The position numbers and the translations under genes are program-made. 64,000 bases of DNA, taken from a virus. The notes beneath the pieces were generated by a model that was not told the DNA's origin, searched no databases, and was given only the letters and a program-made list of their open reading frames with translations. Where the stretch lies: positions 10,049-74,048 of IMG/VR virus record IMGVR_UViG_3300045999_007288; one strand, 5' to 3'. Of the stretch, positions 8,665 through 18,658 are shown in pieces (the first letter of the stretch is position 1; each line of letters begins with the position of its first letter).

Positions 8665-10142
8665 GATAGTACCTTTACTCCATATAATTTTTCAAATCTA
8701 TCAGCGTCCTTACGATCATTGACCATAGGTTCGCCTCGAATGTTCAGACTAGTATTTAATAGCATAGGGCAGCCTGTGACAATAAACCATTTCTCTAATA
8801 GTTCTCGTATACCTGACCCGTCCTTTGGTACAGTCTGAACACGACTAGTTCCGTCATGATGCACAATAGCAGGAAATAAGTCAGGATGCCTGCAAAGAGC
8901 GACTGATTGCATATACCTACTGCTACTGAAGCCACTGGGCATGCCAAAATACTCGTTGGCAAACTCTTCCAAAATAACTGGTGCGAAGGGTCTGAATTTT
9001 TGTCTACGTTTAATTTCATTTACTCGATCTTTTATATCTGGTCCCCGGGGATCGGCCAACAAGCTACGATTACCTAATGCTCTGGGGCCGAATTCAGCAC
9101 GGCCACTGGCAATGCCAACAATACGATTAGCAATAAGCTCATCTAACGCAGCATTAGTAGGGTAAGGTCCGGGAATATTGTGACCTAAGAAAGCATCGCG
9201 CCAATTAATCCTACCACCATAAGCCAGTGCAGCAGCACCCAAACTAGAACCTGCATCGCCAGGATTGGGCATTATCCATATATTATCAAAATAAGGACCT
9301 ATTCTGCCGTTGGCCACACAATTAAGAGCAACCCCGCCCATATAAACTAAATTTTTGCTCCAGTTAAAGTCTTTTGCTCTACGCATAACATTTAGTACAA
9401 GATCTTCTGTTAAGTCTTGTGCGCTGGCTGCAATATCCATATCTCCAACATAAGACAAATACTTTTCTTCTATGCCAGTATGAAGATTTTCTTTAAATTT
9501 AATTTCCCACTCATTATGTAAAAATTTAGACTTAAACAAATCAGTGAACGCAGGCGCACCATATGCTGCCATACCCATTAAAATGTATTCTTCTTCATTG
9601 GGTTTAAGTCCAACACGTTCTGTCATTGCACTGTAAAACAATCCTATACTATGCGGATATTTTTGGCGCCATAATCTTTTATAAACGGCTTTTCCTTGAA
9701 CATATTCTGCTGCCCAAATACTTATTGTGTCCCATTCCCCAATGGCGTCTATCACAACCACTGTGGCTTTATTAAATGAGCTTGTTTGAAACCCTGCGGC
9801 TGCATGACATAGGTGATGATTATGGGTTGAAATCTTACCTGGAAATTTAGAAAATTCTTTGCCTATTTGCCTAGTAAGAATCTGTCGGGCAGTAAGTTTA
9901 TTCCATTCAAGGCCCTGACCACTGTACAGTTGTCTTAACTGTTTATTCCATGGTCGTTCATAGTAAGCAACATGATCAATCCTATAATCAATTATTTCTT
10001 TGATTATACCAGGACTTAAATTTGGATCATTCTTAATTTTACTATAGCGTTCGCTGTGGCCCGCATATAATATATTTCCATAATTACCAATGACACTTAT
10101 TGCAGCGTCATGAAATCCTGCAGATATTCCTAAAATATTCAT
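8661..10142 (-). CDS. Carbamoyltransferase, NodU/CmcH/TobZ family
   Basis: ILGISAGFHDAA, ERYSKIK, HHLCHAA, IDAIGE, GGVALN, DAGSSLGAA, EFGPRALGNRS, FRPFAP, LLNTSLN. Confidence 0.95.
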   Translation of the reverse strand: MNILGISAGFHDAAISVIGNYGNILYAGHSERYSKIKNDPNLSPGIIKEIIDYRIDHVAYYERPWNKQLRQLYSGQGLEWNKLTARQILTRQIGKEFSKFPGKISTHNHHLCHAAAGFQTSSFNKATVVVIDAIGEWDTISIWAAEYVQGKAVYKRLWRQKYPHSIGLFYSAMTERVGLKPNEEEYILMGMAAYGAPAFTDLFKSKFLHNEWEIKFKENLHTGIEEKYLSYVGDMDIAASAQDLTEDLVLNVMRRAKDFNWSKNLVYMGGVALNCVANGRIGPYFDNIWIMPNPGDAGSSLGAAALAYGGRINWRDAFLGHNIPGPYPTNAALDELIANRIVGIASGRAEFGPRALGNRSLLADPRGPDIKDRVNEIKRRQKFRPFAPVILEEFANEYFGMPSGFSSSRYMQSVALCRHPDLFPAIVHHDGTSRVQTVPKDGSGIRELLEKWFIVTGCPMLLNTSLNIRGEPMVNDRKDADRFEKLYGVKVLS

Positions 10143-10240
10143 TTGTATATAAAAGGATCTTGCTTTCGTAATTCTTTGAGTCTGCGACGATAAGTGATTT
10201 CTAATTTAATTCTGTAGTATAAATTTTTAAGCCATGTCAT
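10139..10240 (-). CDS. Small 33-aa basic peptide MTWLKNLYYRIKLEITYRRRLKELRKQDPFIYK (not in ORF track)
   Basis: Translated by hand. It fills the gap between two genes, and its TGA overlaps the carbamoyltransferase ATG (ATGA). Confidence 0.8.
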   Translation of the reverse strand: MTWLKNLYYRIKLEITYRRRLKELRKQDPFIYK

Positions 10241-10244
10241 GATA

Positions 10245-11345
10245 TTATTTATTGAGCAAACTACTGCTGTAATCGTAACCAGGTTTTAATCTTTCAATTT
10301 GTTGATCATAGTAGTCCTTATCTGACCAAGTATAAGAATATACAGAGCTCAAAATGTTTCCTGACCCATCATCGCATTGAATCGAATATATGTCTAAATA
10401 ACACGATAGTATCGGCCAAACTTCACTGTATTTGATCGTCCCAAAACTTCTTTGTAGATCAACTTGACCCACTGAATGGTATCCGAAGTTGTATTGATTG
10501 TCTTCGGGGTCGAATCCGTTTCGTTCGAGCCATGATTTAAACCCAGACATTTCTTTGGTGTACCAAGGATGCGGCCCATTATAACATACATCCTGTGCCC
10601 ATTCGATGTCAAATTCCCCGCTATAGTAACGTAGATGTGTAATAGCATCACAGGTAGCCTTGTCAATGTCAATGCCTTTTTCGTCTCGATACACTTCATA
10701 TAACGTTTTACCGATTTGTGTCCAATGCAGATATACTTCCCCAAATTTTCGATCATATCTGGATTCGTCAAAAGTAGTTTTATGTATTGCTGGAAATTCG
10801 TATCGTGCGGCGTTCAAAAATGTAGTAATTTGACTAGGTCTGACCCATTCTGGTAATGTTACTTTTTTACGTTGACTTAACATTAAACTCTCTGCTTCAT
10901 GACATAAATTATTCAATTGTCTAATAGCAAATTTAGTTGTATAATCTGCCCGTTTATAATAATCACTGAGTCCCCATACAGTTCCTTGTAAAATCTCAAA
11001 ATGATTGTGCAATTTGTTCATTAAATCCTGATTAGGATTTAATGTTTTAGGATCCCGTAGAGTAAAAGGGTAAAAGTTTTCTTCTATTTTATATTCATCC
11101 CGAAAGAAATCATTTATTACATTCTTAACCCAATATAGTTCTTTACAAATATATTCTAAATCTCTTTGACTGTCGGGGAATCCTAAAAAGCAAAAGTTCT
11201 TTTCTAGATATTTGTGTTGCTGTACGATTTCTTGTAGTGCTGTAAACCATTGCTGAGCCATTTCGTGCTCGTAGACATCGATAATATAATCTAATGTTTT
11301 TGTTTTATCTAACGGATTGCGTAGTGTTACTATTACTTTATTCAA
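10245..11345 (-). CDS. Hypothetical protein within the modification operon
   Basis: 366-aa ORF overlapping the upstream radical SAM stop. His/Glu clusters (LHNHFE, LCHEAE) may bind metal. Confidence 0.8.
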   Translation of the reverse strand: MNKVIVTLRNPLDKTKTLDYIIDVYEHEMAQQWFTALQEIVQQHKYLEKNFCFLGFPDSQRDLEYICKELYWVKNVINDFFRDEYKIEENFYPFTLRDPKTLNPNQDLMNKLHNHFEILQGTVWGLSDYYKRADYTTKFAIRQLNNLCHEAESLMLSQRKKVTLPEWVRPSQITTFLNAARYEFPAIHKTTFDESRYDRKFGEVYLHWTQIGKTLYEVYRDEKGIDIDKATCDAITHLRYYSGEFDIEWAQDVCYNGPHPWYTKEMSGFKSWLERNGFDPEDNQYNFGYHSVGQVDLQRSFGTIKYSEVWPILSCYLDIYSIQCDDGSGNILSSVYSYTWSDKDYYDQQIERLKPGYDYSSSLLNK

Positions 11346-12627
11346 TTGAATTCCACCATTTTAATACTTCGGGTCTAGCTGAAAATATATCATGCATAGT
11401 ATAGCTATCATTTCGAATTTGTTCAAGTTTTTCGATTCTTGCTTTTCCTTTACGCAAGCCAAATTGATATCCATCGGGCCACTGTTCTTGAAATGTAGGT
11501 CTAGTTTTTAGCTGTACAAGTATATCCTTTAAGGCGCCGCCTACAGTGGGTATAATTTCATCTATCCAAGGTTCTAATAGATCCCTGGGCAGTGATAAAG
11601 GTGACATAACTATGTCCGGGCTAAAACTAAAAATTACTTTCGCGAGAATATCGACTTTTTCTTCTTCTGCAAGTCGCTGGATACTAGCAACTTCGAACAT
11701 GCCGGGCAAAGTGAGCGTAAAGTCAATTCGCATTTGACGTCGGTGACTAGCAATTTTAGTTCCTTGACGGAAGTTCTCAAGCCATTCATTGTAGTTAAGG
11801 CCTGTTCTAATGTATTCGCCAATCGAGCCCGTGCCGTCGATGCTTGCACAAATCTGCCAATCACGAAGCCTGCTGAGAATATCACTATAAAGATTGACAC
11901 CTTTATAATTAATTCTTGATAAATTTGTATTATATCTAGCATAAACATTTGGCCCGTCTCCTAATTCTATAATCCTCTGCATGTAGCGCCAATGCTGTTC
12001 ATACATAAGAGGTTCACCGCCAACCCAATATACTTCCTCTACGCGGTGTTCTTCGACGGCTTGACTAAACTCTGCCTCAATCTGTGTGTCTTGAAATTGT
12101 TCGATTTGTTTTTTGATTTCGGCTTGCATCCAATTATTCTTAGGATCATGCCAATTAACCATATTGTATTGACGTTGCTCGCTTTCCCATGCACTACTTA
12201 ACATGTCTCCACACATGCGACATTTAAAATTACAAAGATTACTAAATCTGTAATCCCAACTTACAGGCTTCATATCTGTCGAGCCGTCGGGCCGAGTCTT
12301 TTCCATCGCCTCATTGTACTTATTCCCAAACAAACTATTAAAATAACTACGGTAAACAGATGTGTTCAACAACTTATCATTACATACTTCACACTCGGGC
12401 AAAGTTTCTCCTGCTATCATACGGCGACGAACAGACTTCATATGTTCGCTGTTCCAATGTTCGTCCAACGTAACAGGTATATATTCTCCTGTGCCGTTAG
12501 TTGTGTCGATGTACTGTTTAAAATTCTGTGCGGGTTCGCGACTAGCGCAGCATAATCTGCGTTCGGTCTGCGGACTTAAATATGTATGTGTCCAAGGGGC
12601 CATGCACAAAGTATCAGGTTTAATCAT
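11338..12627 (-). CDS. Radical SAM protein with N-terminal twitch (4Fe-4S) domain
   Basis: CMAPW..CC..CEVC at the N-terminus, CNFKCRMC, GGEPL, YNTN. Confidence 0.9.
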   Translation of the reverse strand: MIKPDTLCMAPWTHTYLSPQTERRLCCASREPAQNFKQYIDTTNGTGEYIPVTLDEHWNSEHMKSVRRRMIAGETLPECEVCNDKLLNTSVYRSYFNSLFGNKYNEAMEKTRPDGSTDMKPVSWDYRFSNLCNFKCRMCGDMLSSAWESEQRQYNMVNWHDPKNNWMQAEIKKQIEQFQDTQIEAEFSQAVEEHRVEEVYWVGGEPLMYEQHWRYMQRIIELGDGPNVYARYNTNLSRINYKGVNLYSDILSRLRDWQICASIDGTGSIGEYIRTGLNYNEWLENFRQGTKIASHRRQMRIDFTLTLPGMFEVASIQRLAEEEKVDILAKVIFSFSPDIVMSPLSLPRDLLEPWIDEIIPTVGGALKDILVQLKTRPTFQEQWPDGYQFGLRKGKARIEKLEQIRNDSYTMHDIFSARPEVLKWWNSIE

Positions 12628-13825
12628 ATCCCATAGCCTTGGCTATTTCAGAGTGTGTATCCATAAAGTTCTGTTTTCTATATGTATCTGTGCGCTTCAT
12701 ATTGTTTATGAATACTTGCCCGTCACTGCCTGGGCCATTTTCGATAAATTTAATTACATTCTCAATTTCTTGATGATGTTCTTTTGTATTCCAAAAAGTT
12801 GTTTTGAGTTTATTTAAAACTAATTCTCTGGCTGCGGGTGTTAATCGTTGAATACTCATATGATCAGGGCTGTGTAACATATTAAAATAAATGCTGTCAA
12901 AAGGTTTGGTGCTTGCCCAAGCCAGTAACTCATCTAAGTAATATACATTTTGAATATTAATAGTGAAACAAAGTTGAGTAGTAATGTTAGGCGTGTCAAC
13001 ATCTCGTGCAAAATGAACTCCGTCGATTATTTCGTTGGCTTTATCCCAGTCTGCACCGTATCTTTCATATTCAAATCTCGCGCCAACATTGTCGATACTA
13101 AATGCAATATCTACACGACCGAAATGATTCCATAAATCTGATTTTTGTATGCCTAACCCGTTAATAGTTGCATTGGTATTATAATGAATATCAATATGTT
13201 TACTATGACCTGTAGCTACTGCATATCGCAGTAATTCCCAATGTTCTTCGATTAACCAAGGTTCACCCCCAGTAAATTCAAAATACTTAATATTGGGCAG
13301 TAATGATTTTAAATTCTCCCAAAAATCAGGACTCTCTTCTGGCCACTTACCTTGTTTAAGCCAGGTATATGCAACATGTTTTTTCTTATCATGTCCTTGC
13401 GGCAAGTACTCTAATTCTTCTGCTGCCCACTTGCTACTGCTCCAGCTTCCACATATCCTGCACTTTAAATTACAAATGTTGCCTAGCTTTAAATCAATGA
13501 ACCACAATTGATCAGGTACATCGTTTTGCCAATCAACCAATGGGTATAACTCCTTGAGTCTGACTTGGCTGTGAATACGTTTACTAGTCCTATTTGCTGC
13601 TTCCTCATCCCAGCATAATTTACAGGTATTTGGTTTTTCGCCGCGGCGGAATTGTCTGCGTAAGTTTTGCATATACTCGCTGGTGTATGCATCTTGCAAT
13701 GTATGTCTTCTAAGATCAATACCAGTAATATCTTCCCTTGCAAGACAACAAGGTCTTGCAGTACCCATGGGACTAGTCTCAATACTAATCCATGGCAGCA
13801 TACAAATACTATTAGGTAGTGTCAT
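12620..13825 (-). CDS. Radical SAM protein with N-terminal twitch domain
   Basis: CMLPW..PCC..CKLCW, CNLKCRIC, TGGEPW, HYNTN. Confidence 0.9.
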   Translation of the reverse strand: MTLPNSICMLPWISIETSPMGTARPCCLAREDITGIDLRRHTLQDAYTSEYMQNLRRQFRRGEKPNTCKLCWDEEAANRTSKRIHSQVRLKELYPLVDWQNDVPDQLWFIDLKLGNICNLKCRICGSWSSSKWAAEELEYLPQGHDKKKHVAYTWLKQGKWPEESPDFWENLKSLLPNIKYFEFTGGEPWLIEEHWELLRYAVATGHSKHIDIHYNTNATINGLGIQKSDLWNHFGRVDIAFSIDNVGARFEYERYGADWDKANEIIDGVHFARDVDTPNITTQLCFTINIQNVYYLDELLAWASTKPFDSIYFNMLHSPDHMSIQRLTPAARELVLNKLKTTFWNTKEHHQEIENVIKFIENGPGSDGQVFINNMKRTDTYRKQNFMDTHSEIAKAMGYD

Positions 13826-15159
13826 TTATTTTTTAACTCGCTTAATTCAGAAAATGTATTCCAAAAGTTTTCTCCCCTGAGATTATCAATTAAATTAATT
13901 TCTTGTTTAAATTTATCCCAGTGCTGTGAGCCGTTGGTGGCCATTAGAAAATTAATAGCACTCTTAAATCCAGTTGTTGCACGTTTTAATGGGTCTTGTG
14001 GTTCTAACCATTCAATATGACGCTCGTATGCTGGTTTAATTACTTGCTCTTTAAATTCTTGAGAGAATATGTCAACTCTATACCATTCGGGACTTTGGCA
14101 AATATTAACGTTAAAGTCCTTGGGTTTAATAAATCCTAAATCAACCCACTCCTTATGAAAATCCAATACGTGAAGAACGTTCATTGCACTAATAGTAGAT
14201 GCTATATAAAAATCTACGTGCGGCACTTCTTCTAACATGCGTTCACGATTACGAACTGTTTGTTTCCAGTCTGTGCCTTTTCTCATTAATTCTGCTCTAG
14301 TCCCGCTGGCATCCAGACTAGCACCTACACCCACTGTTCTAAAGTGTTTCCAGTATTCAAATACGTGTTTGTCTTTGAATGCTAATTCGCTAAAGTTTGT
14401 ATTGTACTGGATACATACGTCTGTTCGACCGGCTTCAATGAGTTTTTCTAATAGATAATAGTGTTCCTTCATAATCAAAGGTTCGCCGCCTGCAAAATAG
14501 ACTTGTTCCAAGTAGGGAATATGTTCTTCCATTTGTGCAATCATATAATCTTCGTCACCGGCAGCATATTCAATTCTGGCCAAATCTTTGCCGTTTACGT
14601 CAGGCACTCTATTGAATAATTTGACATGATCATTATACCAGTTACTGCTAAAAACAGGGCCGCACGTTCTGCAACGAAAATTACACAGATTACTAAATCT
14701 AACGTCCCAATATCTAATCTTAAATTCTGGATGAGTTCCATCTGGCAATGTTTTATCTACGTCTGCAATGTTATGTCCGTAACTACGATTAGCGTCATAG
14801 CGCATACTAAAGAATCCGTTTTCTTCTTGTTCATAACATTTGGTGCATTGTTTGACTGGCTGATCTGCCATCATTAAACGTCTGATCTCTTTATATCCTT
14901 CTTGATTCCAAACTTCTTGCATTGAATTCTTTTTTAAATTCCCAATTGGATGAAAATATTCTGCAAAACAACAAGGATACACACGACCATCCGGGTACGC
15001 ATGTTGATGAACCCAGGGCAACATACAAAATGACTTACTATTAGTTAATCTACTGATCTGTGTTTCTGTAAGGGAGTTTGAATCTATAAACAGTGGCTTT
15101 CGACTATTGTAGTCATAGCCACGTTTATAAAATCTATCAGTTTTTTTGTCTTCGCTCAT
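13822..15159 (-). CDS. Radical SAM protein with N-terminal twitch domain
   Basis: CMLPW..YPCC..CTKCY, CNFRCRTC, AGGEPL, QYNTN. Confidence 0.9.
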   Translation of the reverse strand: MSEDKKTDRFYKRGYDYNSRKPLFIDSNSLTETQISRLTNSKSFCMLPWVHQHAYPDGRVYPCCFAEYFHPIGNLKKNSMQEVWNQEGYKEIRRLMMADQPVKQCTKCYEQEENGFFSMRYDANRSYGHNIADVDKTLPDGTHPEFKIRYWDVRFSNLCNFRCRTCGPVFSSNWYNDHVKLFNRVPDVNGKDLARIEYAAGDEDYMIAQMEEHIPYLEQVYFAGGEPLIMKEHYYLLEKLIEAGRTDVCIQYNTNFSELAFKDKHVFEYWKHFRTVGVGASLDASGTRAELMRKGTDWKQTVRNRERMLEEVPHVDFYIASTISAMNVLHVLDFHKEWVDLGFIKPKDFNVNICQSPEWYRVDIFSQEFKEQVIKPAYERHIEWLEPQDPLKRATTGFKSAINFLMATNGSQHWDKFKQEINLIDNLRGENFWNTFSELSELKNK

Positions 15160-16505
15160 AGTGTATTATACCAATCTGCTAATGCAGGAAATGTTTTGCA
15201 GAAGTCTTTTCCTCTGCGTTGATCGTATTGTGTGTAAAATTGTTTAAAATCGTTTTGTAATTTTGGCAATTCAAAAGAATCGCTGTGGGGTGTCTTAACA
15301 ACATCCAAATAATCTATTAGACGCAGTACATGATTTATTTCGTGCTCGTGTAAGTAGTTATGCCCTTTATGGCGAACAACAAAATCAATTAGCCGATTAC
15401 GATATTTTGTTTTAATGTCGTCTGGCAATATCAATGGACTTTGAAAACTAGGGAAACGTAAAATGTTTAATGTAAAATTAGGAAAGTCTCTTCCAAAGTC
15501 TTTCTTTAAATTAACCATTGTATCTAAGAAATCGGGTAATGTGTCTAAACACAATGCATTGATCGTACACATCACATGCAATCTATAAAACTTTTTACTT
15601 TGTGTAAGTTTTATAACATGTTCTAACCATAGATTATAATTCAGTCCATCGCGAATATATTCTGCTTGATCATATTCGCTTTCGTTGCTAGTATATAAAT
15701 CTATTTCAAGTCCATCTACACTGTCAATTAGTCTATCTATATCAACTTGATATCCTAAATTACTGTTGATAGCAAGTCGAGTTTTACTACGGCCTTTATT
15801 TGCTTTAAACCAATCTAATAATTTCCAAGTTTCTGCACTCATCAGAGGTTCTCCACCAGTAATGCGTAATTCGTCTAATGTTTTATGGAGATCGCTTTCC
15901 CACCATTTATGGAATGCTTCAACGTATGGATTAGATTCGCCAAATTTATAAAGTTGTGAACTATCATGGGTGTGCGTAAAGTGATTTCTACCATCACTAA
16001 CAAGATTATTATAGGGCCCGTTACGTTTAATATCGTTGACCCATGTACTACTAAAAGCAGGATTACAATAACTACAAGCAAACTGACAAGTTCTATCAAA
16101 CGCGATTTCAAGAGTTTTAAGATCGAAATCTTCTCGAGCTGGTGTTCTATATGCGCGGGCCAAGTCTTCATCATTGTAAATCACAGTTTTGTATACACGA
16201 TCACTTACTGCATCTCGGCCCATGTCTTCAATCTTCCAGCAATACTCACAACCAGATGGACGCTCACCTTTTTGCATTTGTTCGCGTTCCATCTTTTTCT
16301 TTTGAGTATTGTGTAATGCCTTAGGATTGTTGATCACATCATCTATTTCGACTTTATGAGGCAATGGATGATGACAGCTAGTGGTCATACCGCTGCCTAA
16401 CCATATAGTAGCATTATACCACTTAGCTCCGCAAAAAGATTTTGATTTAATATCGATTACTCTACGTTTGTAATCTAAGTCTGTTTCATTGTTTAGTCTT
16501 GGCAT
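15156..16505 (-). CDS. Radical SAM protein with N-terminal twitch domain
   Basis: CGAKW..SCHHP..CEYCW, CQFACSYC, TGGEPL, NSN. Confidence 0.9.
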   Translation of the reverse strand: MPRLNNETDLDYKRRVIDIKSKSFCGAKWYNATIWLGSGMTTSCHHPLPHKVEIDDVINNPKALHNTQKKKMEREQMQKGERPSGCEYCWKIEDMGRDAVSDRVYKTVIYNDEDLARAYRTPAREDFDLKTLEIAFDRTCQFACSYCNPAFSSTWVNDIKRNGPYNNLVSDGRNHFTHTHDSSQLYKFGESNPYVEAFHKWWESDLHKTLDELRITGGEPLMSAETWKLLDWFKANKGRSKTRLAINSNLGYQVDIDRLIDSVDGLEIDLYTSNESEYDQAEYIRDGLNYNLWLEHVIKLTQSKKFYRLHVMCTINALCLDTLPDFLDTMVNLKKDFGRDFPNFTLNILRFPSFQSPLILPDDIKTKYRNRLIDFVVRHKGHNYLHEHEINHVLRLIDYLDVVKTPHSDSFELPKLQNDFKQFYTQYDQRRGKDFCKTFPALADWYNTL

Positions 16506-17526
16506 AGTTGTTAAATTTAGTTATAAAATCATTTATTAGTTGTTTATCCTCGCCGGGTGGTTGCGTGGATATCATTACATTCCTATTGTGTCTACAAATA
16601 TCTTCGGCTTCATTTAAAAATTCTTCTAAATTAGAATTGCAAAGAAATTCTATCACATCTACTATTCGATTTAATCGTTTATCGTTGTCGTCTATTAGAT
16701 CAAACGATTCGTCTATTAGATGACCAAACGTTTTAAATCCTTGATTATGTAAATCTTTATAGAATCCATAGTTTGCCGCTACTACAAATGGGTGTCCAAT
16801 TTTAAGTGGCTTGTAAATTTTTTCTGTTCTGAAGCTATAGGGCAAATAAAAATTTGTTTCTGTTACAACACTGAAATAAGAATCTTCAAAAATATTTGCA
16901 AATATTTGCCCGTCAGGCCAGTCGTTTAATTTATATTTTCCGTTTACTACATTATCACTGTTGACTTGAAATTGGTAGTCTTTGGGCAAAAATTTATTGT
17001 CGTAGAGTGCAGACCATAAACTTCGTTCTAACAAATCTTTTTTATTTAATTTTTCTATCAGTAATGAACGATGAGATCTTTCTATCCCATTTAAAAAATT
17101 AAACAAAAAAGTTTTATTCCTTTTTAAAAAAATTTGATCAATTATCTTCGAATCTCTTTGTTCGAGCTCAGTTGTTGTACGTCCTAAGATATACCTAAAT
17201 ATGTCTACTGTTATATGTGCTATATTCGAGGGCAAATCTCCCGACGACACGATAAACGGTAGACGCACAAAATCATTCCATCCTAATGCGTTTAATGTAT
17301 CTAATACTGTATTGGTACCTTCGTGTAGCATACTTAGTATAAACAAATTTTTGCTGTCCACAGAAATAATATTTTTTTTAATAATATTTCCTGTTAATAA
17401 AACAATACCATTGTCTGAAATTAAACTTTCTACTGTATCGTGCTCCACTACATCAAAATAATCAGGATACCAATTAAAAAATTCTAAATTGTCGTTTTTT
17501 AACGAGTTAATTTTAATCTTTTGCAT
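16486..17526 (-). CDS. Glycosyltransferase-like protein (GT10/GT47-like C-terminal region)
   Basis: FNFLNG..RSHR, SYFSVVTET, RTEKIYKPL..GHPF and GFKTF..IDESFD resemble the nucleotide-sugar-binding half of fucosyltransferase-like GT-B proteins. Confidence 0.55.
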   Translation of the reverse strand: MQKIKINSLKNDNLEFFNWYPDYFDVVEHDTVESLISDNGIVLLTGNIIKKNIISVDSKNLFILSMLHEGTNTVLDTLNALGWNDFVRLPFIVSSGDLPSNIAHITVDIFRYILGRTTTELEQRDSKIIDQIFLKRNKTFLFNFLNGIERSHRSLLIEKLNKKDLLERSLWSALYDNKFLPKDYQFQVNSDNVVNGKYKLNDWPDGQIFANIFEDSYFSVVTETNFYLPYSFRTEKIYKPLKIGHPFVVAANYGFYKDLHNQGFKTFGHLIDESFDLIDDNDKRLNRIVDVIEFLCNSNLEEFLNEAEDICRHNRNVMISTQPPGEDKQLINDFITKFNNYAKTKQ

Positions 17527-18658
17527 TTAAAAGATCCTTAACTTTGACAGGAAGAGTTATATTTTTTCTATCTTCCCATTGTTTTAAAAAATGTAAAAAT
17601 TCTGAAAATAAAGTTTTATTAAATTTAGTTGAAGACAATATACTTAACACAACATCAACATTCTTTATATTTTTATTATCTAACAACGTTAATAGCACAG
17701 TCTCTGCTTGTTTTTTAATGTTATCCGGAGTTGCTTCAATGCTTTGAATTCTGGGATGTTGACCATATGACAGTGCCCAATGAAAGTTATCTTTATATTT
17801 TTCTATTCTGGGCAGTATTACACCAGATGAAAAGTTTTCGATATCACAGAGAGTTAAATTAGTCATCAAACTCAATATATTAATTTTGATATTTTCTTCA
17901 CTACGTTCTAATAGATAGTCCAAATTTTTCAAAAATAAATCATAATCAAGTCCATACCTAACAAATTCTGATATTTCCTTGCAAGAATCTAAACTGACAT
18001 TTATTACAATGTATTTAAATTTATTTCTATTAGATAGTAGTTTATCAATTGATGTTTTATCGACCATTAAATTTGAAGTTACATCTAAAATTCCTTTATG
18101 GTCTATTGTATCTAAGATATTAAAAAAATTTTTATTTATTAATGGCTCGCCACCTATTATTCTCAAAGTTTCAAATTTTAGAGTGTTTAACAATTTTAAA
18201 TTTTCGACCACTAATTGTTTATTTTTAATATCAACACTGTAGATATGTCGATCTGTAAACAATTGATATTTTTGATTTTGTACGTCCTTTTCCCATTGAC
18301 TGCTAAACTTTGGATTACAATATATGCATTGCATATTGCAAGCATTGCCAACATTAATTTCAATTACCTTAGGCGATTTATTATTTTTATATTCATCGAA
18401 TGTTGATACTTCAAATTTTTCTAAAAACTGAGTTCTGAGGCTGGTGCCGTTTGTTTTTTCAGAATTCCAACAGTAAGAACAACTGGAATCTTGCACATTG
18501 TTTAATAAATTTTGTTTTTGATGATCGATAATTTTGTTGTAATCGTCGACAAATTTTTCCGGTCTTGCTTTACAACAACCATACACATAATTATAACTAG
18601 TATTAATGACTAATTCGTCCCATTTAGCCGGACAAAAAGTGTTAGGTAGTTGTTGCAT
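17513..18658 (-). CDS. Radical SAM protein with N-terminal twitch domain (divergent, AT-rich)
   Basis: CPAKW..GCC..CSYCW, CNMQCIYC, IGGEPL, TSN. Confidence 0.88.
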   Translation of the reverse strand: MQQLPNTFCPAKWDELVINTSYNYVYGCCKARPEKFVDDYNKIIDHQKQNLLNNVQDSSCSYCWNSEKTNGTSLRTQFLEKFEVSTFDEYKNNKSPKVIEINVGNACNMQCIYCNPKFSSQWEKDVQNQKYQLFTDRHIYSVDIKNKQLVVENLKLLNTLKFETLRIIGGEPLINKNFFNILDTIDHKGILDVTSNLMVDKTSIDKLLSNRNKFKYIVINVSLDSCKEISEFVRYGLDYDLFLKNLDYLLERSEENIKINILSLMTNLTLCDIENFSSGVILPRIEKYKDNFHWALSYGQHPRIQSIEATPDNIKKQAETVLLTLLDNKNIKNVDVVLSILSSTKFNKTLFSEFLHFLKQWEDRKNITLPVKVKDLLNAKD

